Assembly: GCA_001661245.1 (NCBI GenBank)
Contig: KV454013.1
Coordinates: forward strand, 1,458,502 to 1,522,501
From: Pachysolen tannophilus NRRL Y-2460
Lineage: Eukaryota
Length of the DNA stretch: 64,000 nucleotides
Direction: 5' to 3'
The translations under genes and the position numbers were made by a program. Position 1 is the stretch's first letter, and every line of letters begins with the position of its first letter. Under the pieces are notes generated by a model, which saw only the letters and a list, made by a program, of their open reading frames with translations, was not told the DNA's origin and made no database searches. Shown piece by piece: positions 23,553 to 35,595 of this stretch.

Positions 23553-25460
23553 TCATCTCTTTGTTTGCTGTAACGGCTGACCAGCACCTGCTTGCTGTAA
23601 TAAGCAATTAGTACCAACAGCCACAGCAGCAGCAGTGGCCACAGTAGGATTATTACTATTCAATAATTGCAGTTGTTGCTGTATCCCAGCCAGTTTCATA
23701 CTGAGACCACTGCTGGAACTACTATCTGTACTTCCTCGACTTTGGTGACTTGGTGGCAGAGAAATCTGCGGTGGTATTGGTGGTATAGTTGTAGTGTGGG
23801 GAACGATACTATTCAGTGGAGGGGGTGGCAGTTGTTGTCGAGTTATTTGGGAAGCAAAATTTGTTGCATTCAAGATTGTGTTTAAATTATCATACCCACC
23901 ACAACTGTCCAATAAACTCGGGCAATCTTTATGCGAGTATAATATTGTTCTCAAAGTTAAAACTTGTTCACGTAAAGTGTTGTTTTGATTATTCAAAGTA
24001 TCATATTGTGATGAATAAAATTGAAGTTCCTCTTGCATCTTATTCATCAATTGTTTTTTACGTTGTCGGCATTTTGAAGCTGCAACTCTATTTCTTTCCA
24101 AGAAATTCTTCCTTTTCTCTTCTGCAGTCATTGCTGATTCTTTCTTCTTTTTAGATACTGATGATTTCGATACTGAGTCTTCTTTCTTCACCGATGTCTT
24201 CTTATTTAAACCGGCTTGGTTCCCAGTTTTCATCTTCTTGGTATTTCCTTTTCTACCCATTGCTCTTTGCATATCTTCAACTTCATCTTCGATGTCACTA
24301 TCATCATCATCATCAACATCATCGTCATCTTCATCGTTATTATGAGTTGCATCATCTCGCATTCTTTTCGACGAGTTAATATTTGAAGACATAGAAGGAG
24401 GGAGAACTTGTTGCTGTTGTTGTTGTTGCTGCTGCTGCAGTTGCAGTTGCAGTTGTGGATCATTGAGATTCCCCAAAATCACATCACCATTATTTGGTGT
24501 AGGTAAATTATTTTCTCTATTTGAGGTCATTCCCAATAAGGAACTAATCCCCGGTGTTAAAACCGGTGGCATACCATTTAAAAAAGATGTAGGTGTATTT
24601 ATACCTGGTAACTGTATTCCATTTAAAAACCCGTTTGGGTTATTTATTCCTCCTGGGGTTAAACCTATTCTCATGCCTGTTTCATTTGAAGCTAAATTTG
24701 GTCTTCCACGAGAATTATTTATAAATTGAGATATTAAAGCAGCATTAGAATCCAGATTAGAACCATTTGTATTAGTATTATTAGTGTTATTATTATGATT
24801 TGATCCATTATTGTTATTATGCATGTGATTATAATTTTGCAGGTTATTTGTACTATTTATCAAAGTTGACCACATAGTACCAGGGGTCATCCCTCCATTA
24901 CTTGTATTATTATTCCCATTACTATTACTTGTACTATTACTATTGGTGCTATTATTGGTGCTAATATTATTTGCCGGATTCACAAGGTGATTTGTTCCCA
25001 AATAATGATTACCGTTAGGAGATAGTGCAGCTAATGGAGGAAGAATATGACGCCTTCCGCCAGGCGTTAAAATCGGTGGTGATCCTGACGCAAAACGGAT
25101 TTGAGGAGGATGTAAAATCGATGACAGGCTTTGCTGGTTTGAGTTTGGGTTAGAATGCTGCTGCGGCTGTTGTTGCTGCAGCAGGATACGTTGTTGATGA
25201 TTTGGATCATGCTGTTGCTGATTCAGCGCCAGTGCCGCTACTGCCGCCGTTGTCACATTCGCTATTTTCGATGCCGGTATTTGTGTTGTAGAACCGGGTG
25301 TGGCTGATGACTCCTTCTTGGCAAACGACTGCTCAAACGGATTCGGCTCCAACGATAACAACGTGCTGCTATTATTATTATTCAAGTTCGAAAGTGACGT
25401 CGAAGAAGTATTATTCGATATTACCGACGTGTTTGTTGAATGATTATTAGTGGTTGCCAT
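23553..25460 (-). CDS. SKO1: ATF/CREB bZIP transcription factor (Sko1/Atf1-like)
   Basis: LEPNPFEQSF motif, LTPGG repeats, bZIP EEKRKNFLERNRVAASKCRQRKKQ..HKDC. Confidence 0.88.
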   Translation of the reverse strand: MATTNNHSTNTSVISNNTSSTSLSNLNNNNSSTLLSLEPNPFEQSFAKKESSATPGSTTQIPASKIANVTTAAVAALALNQQQHDPNHQQRILLQQQQPQQHSNPNSNQQSLSSILHPPQIRFASGSPPILTPGGRRHILPPLAALSPNGNHYLGTNHLVNPANNISTNNSTNSNSTSNSNGNNNTSNGGMTPGTMWSTLINSTNNLQNYNHMHNNNNGSNHNNNTNNTNTNGSNLDSNAALISQFINNSRGRPNLASNETGMRIGLTPGGINNPNGFLNGIQLPGINTPTSFLNGMPPVLTPGISSLLGMTSNRENNLPTPNNGDVILGNLNDPQLQLQLQQQQQQQQQQVLPPSMSSNINSSKRMRDDATHNNDEDDDDVDDDDDSDIEDEVEDMQRAMGRKGNTKKMKTGNQAGLNKKTSVKKEDSVSKSSVSKKKKESAMTAEEKRKNFLERNRVAASKCRQRKKQLMNKMQEELQFYSSQYDTLNNQNNTLREQVLTLRTILYSHKDCPSLLDSCGGYDNLNTILNATNFASQITRQQLPPPPLNSIVPHTTTIPPIPPQISLPPSHQSRGSTDSSSSSGLSMKLAGIQQQLQLLNSNNPTVATAAAVAVGTNCLLQQAGAGQPLQQTKR

Positions 25461-25804
25461 TTTTTATAAATAATCCCAAATCCAAAAAAAAAAAAATAAA
25501 ATAAAAAAAACACACAAAAAAGCAAGTGGAACTAACTCCGATCTTTCCCTTCTATTAGTCTATTTCTTTCTATAACGTATTGCTAGTAAATGTCTAGCTT
25601 TCTCTGTTTGTATCTCCCCTAGAAATCTTTAAAACCAATTATGATGATAATTGTAATCAAAAAAAAAAAAACAAAAAAACAAGAAAAAAAAAAACCAAAA
25701 GAAAAGAAGGAAAATTTCTTTTTTTTTCTTTTTCGGGAATTAAAATATATTAACCCAGCTATCAAAACTGCTCTATAAAGAGATATATTAAATATATAGT
25801 TATG

Positions 25805-25835
<31 letters not shown>

Positions 25836-26137
25836 TTGAGCTTATTAAATTATATTATTATTTATTTCTATTACTTTCTATCTATGCTGTTTCTTGACGT
25901 TATTTCGATGACAAAACGAGGGCGCTTCCAAAAAAAATCCTCAGAAAACAAAAAAACACCCCAAAAAAATAAACCAGGGCGGTAAACAGACTAGGGCGGT
26001 TTATAAAAATATAAGGGCGGCAAATACATAGGGGCGGCTGCAAAAAATTTATTGGGGGCGATTTTTGAGGGCGTGGTCAATTTTGGGTCATTGGTTGAAC
26101 CAAATGGGTCAGTCAGTGGATGGATGGGTTGATTGAT

Positions 26138-28081
26138 TCAGTCAACGGTGGTTGAGATGATTTTTGGGATCGGGACGTCTGTTGGCCTGTCGCTGTTGTC
26201 TGTGTGCAAATTCTCTATGGTTTTAACAACGTCAAAACCTGAGACGACTTGACCAAAAATTGTATGTTTGTCGTTTAACTGTTCTAGTTCTTCTTGATTA
26301 TTTTGGGTCACAATGAAAAATTGGGATCCGTTGGAATCTGGACCATTATTAGCCATACTGACGATAAAATTTCTATGTTTGAGTCTTCTACTGAATTCAT
26401 CTTTGAAAGGGTGTTTCCATATACTTTCTCCACCCATTCCAGTACCTGTAGGGTCACCAGTTTGAATCATAAAATTTTTAATAATTCTATGGAAAATTAC
26501 ATTATTATAATAATTTTTAAAACAAAGATTTACAAAATTTTCCACAGCTAATGGTGCATATTTGGGGAAAAGTTTTATCTTGATATCTCCATAATTTGTA
26601 TGTAATATAACGTTTGAACCTTGATATTTAATTGGGATATTTGCCTCAGTGGAATTATTTAAAAATTTTGGATTTTCATTAAATATATCTCTTGTATTTG
26701 GATCACTTTTAGAATCACTAAAAATATAAAATCTAGGTCTATTCAGAGCATTTGTAAATAATAATGGTGATGGTGCTTTCTTTGTTGGAGATGATAAACT
26801 AACTTGTAAAAATCTTAAATCTTCTCGTAATCCAATGATTGAAATACATTTATTTGTAATTAAATTTATACATTTAATACCTAATATTGATGAAAATAAA
26901 ATGAAATTACCTGATTTATCAAAAATGACATTTAACATGTGGAATAATTCATCATTATAAAAATTTTTTTGTTCAATTTGAATTTTTTTATTAAGATCAA
27001 ATTCATTTAATTTTATTGATTCATCTAATAATTGATTAAATTCAATATTTGATTCAATAGAATCATCAATAGAAATTAATTCTTTCCCACTAGAAAATTC
27101 AAATATTCTAATTTTATTATCGGGGAAAGTTCTAATCACAAAATTATTAAAATTTTGAGAAAAATTCAATTGATAACATTTTAATTTAAATTTTTTTAAA
27201 TCATATAAATTTGTCTTTGATTTTAATTTGAAAACAGAATCAGGTTTTAATAAATTACCTCCAGGTTGCCAATATTCAATCATTCCTTCATTATCGATAG
27301 AAATCAAACATTCATATTTTAAATTATATTCTAAAACTTCTATCCGAGATTTATGTATATTTGAATTTGTAATTAAGACTTTATTTTCATTTGGATCTAT
27401 AATATGAATCTTGTTACCTTTTTCTTCTCCAGATATCACAATTAACCTCAACTCATTCTTATAATAACCCCAACATATATTTATAGGTTGAAACAGTAAT
27501 TCCACAATATTAATCATATCAATACTTGTCATATCAAAAATTTTAACTGTAGTATCATTTTCACTAATACTTGCCATTAATTTATCTGTAAAAGATGGAT
27601 TTATTGAAATTTTCAAAATTGAACCTTTATGAGCCAAATATTGTTTAATAAATTCAACATTATTTAAATCTTGATCATCGTTATCATCACCAACATCATT
27701 TTGATCATTATTTTCCTTCCTCAGCCAAAATTTTATAAATCCATCTTTTGAACAAGTAACTACTAATGAATCATTATATGGTGATGTACAGATAAAAGTT
27801 ATTTGAGATTTATGCATATACGATACCCCATATTGATCATTAAAAGTTAAATTCTTAATCAATTCCTTCTCATTAATTGGGATTAAAGATGGCTTCAATT
27901 TGGGTTTTTTCAAAATTCTTTCCACAGAACTTTCTTGTGTATTATTGTCATTTACAATTGCACTTTCTGAAAAATTTGTTAAATTGGGTCCAAACATGTT
28001 ACCATCATCATCATTATCCTCCGAAGAAGACACATTTTCAGAATCCCTTAACCTCTTGGAGACATTTTCCGTTTCAGACAT
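26138..28081 (-). CDS. WD40-repeat cyclophilin (PPWD1/Cyp15), spliceosome-associated
   Basis: SYMH..WD region, EYW, C-terminal cyclophilin FHRIIKNFMIQTGDPTGTGMGG, SMAN, NGSQFF, HTIFGQV. Confidence 0.93.
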   Translation of the reverse strand: MSETENVSKRLRDSENVSSSEDNDDDGNMFGPNLTNFSESAIVNDNNTQESSVERILKKPKLKPSLIPINEKELIKNLTFNDQYGVSYMHKSQITFICTSPYNDSLVVTCSKDGFIKFWLRKENNDQNDVGDDNDDQDLNNVEFIKQYLAHKGSILKISINPSFTDKLMASISENDTTVKIFDMTSIDMINIVELLFQPINICWGYYKNELRLIVISGEEKGNKIHIIDPNENKVLITNSNIHKSRIEVLEYNLKYECLISIDNEGMIEYWQPGGNLLKPDSVFKLKSKTNLYDLKKFKLKCYQLNFSQNFNNFVIRTFPDNKIRIFEFSSGKELISIDDSIESNIEFNQLLDESIKLNEFDLNKKIQIEQKNFYNDELFHMLNVIFDKSGNFILFSSILGIKCINLITNKCISIIGLREDLRFLQVSLSSPTKKAPSPLLFTNALNRPRFYIFSDSKSDPNTRDIFNENPKFLNNSTEANIPIKYQGSNVILHTNYGDIKIKLFPKYAPLAVENFVNLCFKNYYNNVIFHRIIKNFMIQTGDPTGTGMGGESIWKHPFKDEFSRRLKHRNFIVSMANNGPDSNGSQFFIVTQNNQEELEQLNDKHTIFGQVVSGFDVVKTIENLHTDNSDRPTDVPIPKIISTTVD

Positions 28082-28457
28082 CACCTCTTCTAACAACTAT
28101 CTAATCGCTGAACATTAAATTAAAACTAATAGGTTTATAATCTACGTTTACTTTTTTTTTGCTTTATTTTTTTTTCTACTTTTTTTTTTTTATTTCTTTC
28201 TTTTGAGCCTTTGCTATATGGTATCATCTATCTCTACAATCAACAAACACTTAACCAATTATAAATATACATTATAAGACTATATTTCTACTATAACTCG
28301 TATGTTAGAAACCATACATAACCTTTAAAAACCTCCTATCGCAACTATTTTTGTCATTATGCTATTTTGCCATAATACTATGTAAAATGAAAAAATTTCT
28401 TTTCTTTTTCTTTTAAACCCCTTATAGAAGCTACTTGCATCCAACTAAATATGGTAT

Positions 28458-28673
28458 TTACCTTGCCTCAAACTGAACCATTCTTCTTGTTCTTGCTTTA
28501 TACAAGACTCTATGTCCACATTCCTTACAACGGACAGGATCGTTCTTATTCAAAGAAAACTGAACACAACAATTAGAACAAAGATACTTGACACCCAAAA
28601 AGTTCTTGGTGGCACCAATACCGGAAGCAGCATTAGCAGCATTAACTGATGGAACAAAACCTTCTCTATTCAT
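28458..28673 (-). CDS. RPC10: RNA polymerase I/II/III shared subunit
   Basis: [32 protein letters not shown]. Confidence 0.96.
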   Translation of the reverse strand: MNREGFVPSVNAANAASGIGATKNFLGVKYLCSNCCVQFSLNKNDPVRCKECGHRVLYKARTRRMVQFEAR

Positions 28674-28977
28674 CTTCTCTCTCGTCTCTCTCTTCTCTCT
28701 CTTCTCTCAGACTCTATCTTGATCGATTAACCAAACTTGAAATCTTTAAAAAAATGGTGATGATTTTGATTAAATTTTTAAGAATTTTTGGAAAATTTTT
28801 ATATTTAATACCACTGAAAAATAATTTAGTTAAAAAAACTACCTTTTAAACACTTGAGTTTATTATATTTATTTAAGAAACTTGATCTAATTGAAGAAAT
28901 AAGAAATAAGAAATAAGAAGGGAATAGGAAGAGATTGATCGGCTTGTGGGATTGGTTGTTTTTTTTTTTTTTTGGAA

Positions 28978-30963
28978 ATGTCACTTAAGACTGTATTCTC
29001 AAAAGTTGTCAAGTCTTGTTCTGTTTTAGATATTAGCAATAAGGTGCCGGTACCGAGAAGTAATATTGGGTTGAAGATTGGTGATGATGGACGACATGAA
29101 TATTTCACTGAAAATCAGTTACAACATCCCAATAATGGGAATAAGAATAATGGGAAGGAAATTAAAGATTATTTGATGTTTATTGGGAAAGGTTCGAGGT
29201 TTGGTACTAGGTATACAAGGCCTTTAGTGGATAAGGGGAAGAAATTAAAAATTGAACAAGATTTGATAGATCAAAACCATCTGTATTTTGAAAAAATAAA
29301 GACTACAAATAAATTTTATGAATCGAATAAATTATTGGTGGATCAGATCTTAAGTAAATTGATCTTGTTAACACCGCCTTATCCTGACTATAGTATATCT
29401 GATTTTAAGAAAATATTACATCCAAGAAGAATGTCGATATTAGAGATACCTCCTATACCAAAAATTTTAAATCATGATTCATTTCATAAATATATTGATG
29501 ATTTAACAAGTTTTTATTATTATAAGAAAAGATCTTCTTCGAAAAATGGGTTAATTTCAAGGATATTAGTTCAACTTTTCCATCCACATAATAAGATTAT
29601 TAAAAATTTTAGAACTATTAGTAGTTATAACAATGTAATTAAATTTTTTTGTGATTTTAATGATATTGATTACTCAAGAAATTTATTTAAACAAATGGAA
29701 GAAATAGATCAAATTAATCCAAATACATCCACTTTTAATATCTTGATAAATCAGTTAAATAATTCATTAAAACATAATACAAACCCTTTAATAACAACTT
29801 TAAGATATTTAAAAATGATGGAAACTAAAAAAATACCTGTTGATTTATGTACTTGGCATATTATTTATAAAATTTTTAAAGATGATACTTCAAAAAGTTT
29901 ATTATTAGATAAATATAGTTATGATTTAAACTTACCAGTGACAAATTATTTGACTCATTATGTTATTGAAGATTTATCTCAAAATTTAACTGCTGAAGAG
30001 ATTATAACATACATAAAAGATAATAATATTAGTTGTTATGATATAAACACAATTAATACAATAGCATTGAAATTTTTAAAAGAAAACAAATTCAAACAAG
30101 CATGGTTTTATCTTAAAGATGAATATGATTATGCTAGCCAACATGATATTAAGGGAAGGAAACCTTCACTTTCTACTTTGAATTGTTTCTTAGAATATTT
30201 TTGTCAACGAGAGATGATTGTAAAAGCTTTATCAGTATATAATGGTATGAAAACATTTTATCAAGTTACTCCAAATTTACATACTTTTAATCTTTTAATA
30301 GCAACATCTGTTAAGATGGGGTTTCACGATAATTGGAGAACGATATTGAGAATTATAAATAACGAAATGATTACCAAAAATCAATCAATAGTCAACAAGT
30401 CCTCATATTGGCTTACTAGGGCTAGAAGCCGAGCATTAGTTGACCATAAAAATGATTGCAAAAGATTGGATCTAAAGAAAAATTTAAATGAGAAAGAGCT
30501 AATGATTGCATCAAATATAAAGAAAAAATTATGTTGGACTTTAGAAGAAAATGATTTTATAGAACATCCATACTATGACACACAGGATAAAGAATATAGA
30601 AAGTTGTGTTACATAGTTGGTTCAAGGCTTCCTAAGGGGAAATTATTAGAACCTGAAGAATTTAATGTGTTAGATAAGAGCTATATTAAAAATTCAGATG
30701 AAGATAAATTGAAAATGGAACATTTTAAAAAAATATTAAAAATAAAAAATATTAATAAAACTTATCTGAAAAGAGTTTCTATTGTTAAAAACGGCCTTGT
30801 TAACAGTTTGGTTGAAGAAATGGCTGAAAGACAATTGGGACCTAGTCCTATAAAGACGTTTGGTGAGAAACACAGTACTACTAGTGCTGCTGCTAATGAA
30901 AAGGTAAATCCTAATATTGAACTTATTATTACAGGAACTTCTAACGATGTTCCAAAGACATGA
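28978..30963 (+). CDS. AEP3: Mitochondrial PPR protein, ATPase expression protein 3
   Basis: EIPPIP..SSSKNGLI..LFHPHN..YN..FF..FKQM..PNTSTFNILI resembles remembered Aep3; PPR repeats. Confidence 0.8.
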   Translation: MSLKTVFSKVVKSCSVLDISNKVPVPRSNIGLKIGDDGRHEYFTENQLQHPNNGNKNNGKEIKDYLMFIGKGSRFGTRYTRPLVDKGKKLKIEQDLIDQNHLYFEKIKTTNKFYESNKLLVDQILSKLILLTPPYPDYSISDFKKILHPRRMSILEIPPIPKILNHDSFHKYIDDLTSFYYYKKRSSSKNGLISRILVQLFHPHNKIIKNFRTISSYNNVIKFFCDFNDIDYSRNLFKQMEEIDQINPNTSTFNILINQLNNSLKHNTNPLITTLRYLKMMETKKIPVDLCTWHIIYKIFKDDTSKSLLLDKYSYDLNLPVTNYLTHYVIEDLSQNLTAEEIITYIKDNNISCYDINTINTIALKFLKENKFKQAWFYLKDEYDYASQHDIKGRKPSLSTLNCFLEYFCQREMIVKALSVYNGMKTFYQVTPNLHTFNLLIATSVKMGFHDNWRTILRIINNEMITKNQSIVNKSSYWLTRARSRALVDHKNDCKRLDLKKNLNEKELMIASNIKKKLCWTLEENDFIEHPYYDTQDKEYRKLCYIVGSRLPKGKLLEPEEFNVLDKSYIKNSDEDKLKMEHFKKILKIKNINKTYLKRVSIVKNGLVNSLVEEMAERQLGPSPIKTFGEKHSTTSAAANEKVNPNIELIITGTSNDVPKT

Positions 30964-31156
30964 TAGACGAAATAGTTACGAATAGAATATAGAGATTTTT
31001 TGGTTTATAGAGTTGGAAAATTAAAATTTTATATAAATTAATATATATTCATATAAATAGAAGAATTTCTCAAGCCATGAAACTTGAGGTTATTAGTTGA
31101 AAGCAAAAAGTAAAAGAAGAAAAAAAAAAAAAGAGAAAAAGAGCAAAAAGGAAAGC

Positions 31157-32284
31157 TCATTTCTTCCCAAAATTAGACATCAATATATACTGAATCACAA
31201 CTGCTAATAACATGATCAAGGTCAAGATAATCATTGAGGATATATCAGAACCTTTCTTGATATCAGCAGGTAGTACAAAAACGTTAATTGAATTATCAGC
31301 TGAACCTGAAGATAAATATTTACAATCTGGAGAAAATTGTATAGAAGTCACTGCAAAAGAGTGTACATTGCTGAGTGTTGTGATAACAGAGAAATCGATT
31401 GCGTTCACCAAGATGATTGAAGTATCACTTCCAGCCAATCCAATCAATTTTTTTGATTTATCATAAGCTAAAGAAGTGACTGCTTTAATTTTTTTATTAA
31501 TTGTCTTTTCCAATAAGATTTTTTCTTGTGAAATTGAATATTTAATCAAGGCTATTCCTGAATTTCCATTCTTAAGAGCAGCAGCAATTAATATAATATC
31601 ATTATCAATAAATTTAATCTTATTAATTGTATAATTTTTGAAAATTTCACCCAGATCTTTCAAAAATTTCCCTGACTCACTAGAAACAAATTTTACCGTT
31701 GAAGGAGTTGAATATGCAATTATTTCATCATCTGGTGATATTGAAATATCTTTGATTGCATTTTCAGCAATCAATTGAAAAATTTCCGTTAAATCATTAG
31801 TATTAACAACAAAAATCTTATTGTCATTTGAAGTACTCAACAGGACAAAATCTCCCTTTGTAGATATACAACAATTTTTAATATATTCCTGTGGATCAGT
31901 TGCCTTGCTGATCTGTGCACTTTTTTCAAAAATCAATGAATTCTTTTCATCGTTGTTCGTGTTAAACTTATACCTACGCAAGTGATCATTCTCACCATTT
32001 TCAATGGTCTTAGAACCTTTGTTGCATGAAAAGATAATAGTACCATCATTACTAGAGTCAATACAAGTAGGAGCATCTTCCTGATCCGCCAATTTAACCT
32101 CTTCACTAATACTAAGAGGAGATTTCTCTAAATCAAAATTAATATCAACTACACTTAATTTATTTGGAATACCATTATTACCTTCACCACCTCCACCAGT
32201 GACTAAAAGAGTATGTTTCCCCAAAAAAACTGATCCATACACAGGATAGTCCAACTTAAGAGTCGATGACTGAAATTTGACCAT
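31157..32284 (-). CDS. SEC12: Sar1 guanine nucleotide exchange factor
   Basis: YPVYG..GGGGEGNNGIPNKL K-loop, WD repeats, C-terminal transmembrane helix. Confidence 0.92.
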   Translation of the reverse strand: MVKFQSSTLKLDYPVYGSVFLGKHTLLVTGGGGEGNNGIPNKLSVVDINFDLEKSPLSISEEVKLADQEDAPTCIDSSNDGTIIFSCNKGSKTIENGENDHLRRYKFNTNNDEKNSLIFEKSAQISKATDPQEYIKNCCISTKGDFVLLSTSNDNKIFVVNTNDLTEIFQLIAENAIKDISISPDDEIIAYSTPSTVKFVSSESGKFLKDLGEIFKNYTINKIKFIDNDIILIAAALKNGNSGIALIKYSISQEKILLEKTINKKIKAVTSLAYDKSKKLIGLAGSDTSIILVNAIDFSVITTLSNVHSFAVTSIQFSPDCKYLSSGSADNSINVFVLPADIKKGSDISSMIILTLIMLLAVVIQYILMSNFGKK

Positions 32285-33025
32285 TTCGATAACCTGAACG
32301 TTGAATTGACCTCAACTTTATTAGAAACAATCATCTCTATACACTTTTGGTTTCCCCAGGGCCATTTTTCACCTAGATACGATTGATATCGGGAACACGA
32401 CCACTGCCAATTTATCAATTTGGAGTTGAAACCAAGCTGATTTGTACTCTACTTGTTCAACGTCAAAAACCAAATAAAAAGAAAGAGAAAAGAAAAGGTA
32501 TGTGAAAGTGTAAGAAGCGAGTCATTAAATGGATACAAAAAAATGTGCTTAAAGTTTTTTCAATTACAGCTAATTAATACTTTACTGTATATTTAAGACC
32601 TTGTTAAAATAAGAAGAGTACAGTAGAGTATGGTACTAAAGGAATAATACCCATAAATTAGCCACAACTGTAGTATTTGGAGCTCAGCGCATTCCTAAAT
32701 AGGAAATACAATTGATTTCACGCCACAAATGTAACTTATTTTTGGCTCAAAAAAGAAACTTGCTAAGTAGATGTGGCTCAGTTACGGGACATATATCTAA
32801 AGTTTTTTTAATTTTTCTCTTTTTTAGTACCAAGAATTTCAGTTGACTAGTCAAATGTTAAGTAGGCGAGAGGTATTATTATTATTCAAGGTATATTTGT
32901 AATTAATATAAAAAAAAAGAAGTGAAGTGAGGGTTGTTGAGATTGATTGTTGTGATTGTGGAAGTTGTTTGATTGGTTTGATTGGTTTGATTAGTTAGTT
33001 TGATTTATAATTTTTATGGTTGGAA

Positions 33026-35101
33026 ATGTTGAGACATAAAAATGTTAAAGACGATGAGGAGTTTGATGGTAGATTATATGTGAAACAAAGTTCTGGTTTT
33101 AAATCGAATTTTTCAGATATTATAAGTTTTTTCAAAAGAGAAAGAACGATCAAGATAATTGTTCCAATACTTTATATTATTTCATTTATAATATTGTTTA
33201 AGGATGTGGGGTTGAAAGATGAGCTTGATTCAGAAAATTCTTTAACTTCATATATATATAATTTCCATGATTCATTTTCTTCTTCATCGGGATCTTCAAC
33301 ATCGCAATTTAATTTACCGGCTACTACACCAGAAGATGATGGGTCAAAGAATTTTGAATATTTTAAATATAAAGCTGATGCGGTGATGCTTCCGATTGCA
33401 CCATATAAACATATTCAAGAATCAAACGATTTAAGATCAACTCAATTAGTTTATTTACATGCTATTAAGCAATATTTGAAAAAAGTTAAAGAATCAGGTA
33501 AAAATAATCCTCCTCAATTTGATTTCCATTGGAAAGATTGGATTGATATGAGTGAATTAAATCCTTTAATAAGTGAAAAACCAAATTGTTTTATAGCAGG
33601 GGTATTAGGTTCAAATATTAGAACTGAATGGGATGGTTGTATTGATATAGATTCAAAAGATCCAAATGAATTACATTTTTATTTCCAAAATCCAGCAGTG
33701 GAACCAGAATCAGAATTTAGATTGGCCTTGAGAGCTAAATCATATTTATACTCTGCGGCCCCAATCCCTGAAAGAATAGTTTTCCTTGCAGGAGAATTAG
33801 CATTTGTCGTTAAATCTGCTAATAAACGTGAATTACTGAAAAATGGTATGTTGGTTTCATTTATCAAGAATAAACTAGATGAATCAAACGAACAAAAGGA
33901 AAAAATTTTTAGAATTGAAGAAGATGATGTTATTAAACAACCAATATCTGCATCAAATCTCTTACATGAAATTGAAATTGAAATTGGAAGAAATTTGACA
34001 ACTCTTGATAGCCCAGGTTTCCAATATATTGAAGTAGACTTGAGTAATTTTGAATTCCCACCAAATAAAAAGAAAACAAAGAAAGCATTACAGGCAAGAA
34101 TTGCAAACGAAAAACATTTCCATAATGCTCTTGTTAAACAAGATGATAATTCGTTTGAATCAAATTATGATTGGAGATTTTTTGAAAAAACTTTAGATCA
34201 TCAAAGACATAGAGCTGCATTACACCACACAATTAGATCATGGTTACAAATGAGTTCAAATTTGGGAATTATAACATGGCTTTCAAGAGAAACTTTAATT
34301 GGATGGGGCAGAAATGGACTTATATTACCTTGGGAAACAGTTATTCATTTTGAACTTCCTGCAAAAGAGTTGATCAAATTGGCTATGAGCTTTAATAATT
34401 CTCTTGTCGTAGCAGATGCTTCAGAAAATTCAAACACTTACTTGTTAGATGTTAGTCCTCATTTTATGGAAAGAACAAGGGAGAATGATGGGGGAGCATC
34501 ACCAGAAGCACCAGACGCAAGGTTCATAGATACCAAAACCGGTGTTTATATTGAGCTTAACGGATTGGCTGTAACTGATGCGGAATTACCTGATTCTATT
34601 AAGAAACAACACCCATCAGAAAGTAAAAACAGGAAAAATTTTGCCAATTCAGGAATGGGTAAATTTTATAGATTAAAAGATATTCTTCCTTTGAAAAAGA
34701 CATTATTTGAAGGTCGAAGCGCTAACGTTCCTTACAATGCTATGGAAATAACCTTAACTGATTATCCAGATGTTGTGACAACCGATGATTTCTTCAATTA
34801 CCATTATCATGATCATTTGAGACTCTGGATTCCAGCTGGAAAATGTAATTACGTTCCTCAAGAAGACATAACACTTTTTGAAAATGGACAATCATCATAT
34901 ATTGGAGCTTGTCATGATAACAACATTTGGAGAGAATATAACATGACCGAGCATGCAACAAGGTTCCGTAAAATAGAGATTGAAAGTGAAGAACCACTCA
35001 CGATTTCACCTAAAGATGATTTACCACCTTTATATCCAGACTATTGGTTAGAAGATAGAATAGAATATTTAAATGAAAATTACGGATACCCGAAAGCTTG
35101 A
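33026..35101 (+). CDS. LicD-family mannosylphosphorylation protein (Mnn4-like)
   Basis: Type II TM, FHWKDWIDM, YDWRFF, WL..ETLIGW..NG..LPWE, DARFIDTKTGVYI. Confidence 0.85.
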   Translation: MLRHKNVKDDEEFDGRLYVKQSSGFKSNFSDIISFFKRERTIKIIVPILYIISFIILFKDVGLKDELDSENSLTSYIYNFHDSFSSSSGSSTSQFNLPATTPEDDGSKNFEYFKYKADAVMLPIAPYKHIQESNDLRSTQLVYLHAIKQYLKKVKESGKNNPPQFDFHWKDWIDMSELNPLISEKPNCFIAGVLGSNIRTEWDGCIDIDSKDPNELHFYFQNPAVEPESEFRLALRAKSYLYSAAPIPERIVFLAGELAFVVKSANKRELLKNGMLVSFIKNKLDESNEQKEKIFRIEEDDVIKQPISASNLLHEIEIEIGRNLTTLDSPGFQYIEVDLSNFEFPPNKKKTKKALQARIANEKHFHNALVKQDDNSFESNYDWRFFEKTLDHQRHRAALHHTIRSWLQMSSNLGIITWLSRETLIGWGRNGLILPWETVIHFELPAKELIKLAMSFNNSLVVADASENSNTYLLDVSPHFMERTRENDGGASPEAPDARFIDTKTGVYIELNGLAVTDAELPDSIKKQHPSESKNRKNFANSGMGKFYRLKDILPLKKTLFEGRSANVPYNAMEITLTDYPDVVTTDDFFNYHYHDHLRLWIPAGKCNYVPQEDITLFENGQSSYIGACHDNNIWREYNMTEHATRFRKIEIESEEPLTISPKDDLPPLYPDYWLEDRIEYLNENYGYPKA

Positions 35102-35595
35102 TTGGAAAAGATTATATTGATCGTCGTTTTTTTGGGTTTTGTTTTTAAACAGAGACATTCTTATTTTTCAATTCATTGACATAATTGTCGGATTTTTATA
35201 AACTGTATACATTTTTAAATACAATATATTTTTCTTTTCTTGTTCAAACATATCAATTTATAATTCATTTAAAATGTCCTAAATGATTTCCTTTCAAAGT
35301 TCTATATAAAAATTCCTAACCGCACAATAAAACTATATTAAAAGTAATTTATAATACAACACTGATAATTATACACACAGCAAACCTAGAGACGACAAAT
35401 AAAATATAAAGAACAAATAAATATCGATGTAAATGGAACAATATAAAAGAATAAACATATATATATATAATAAAAAAAANAAAAAAAAAAAAAAAAAAAC
35501 CCAAAAATAAATTCATATGGAGCCAATAGAATAATATGAAACGATAAACCAACAGCAGTTTTTAGAATATTTGAAATCTTTTTAAAAATACACTT

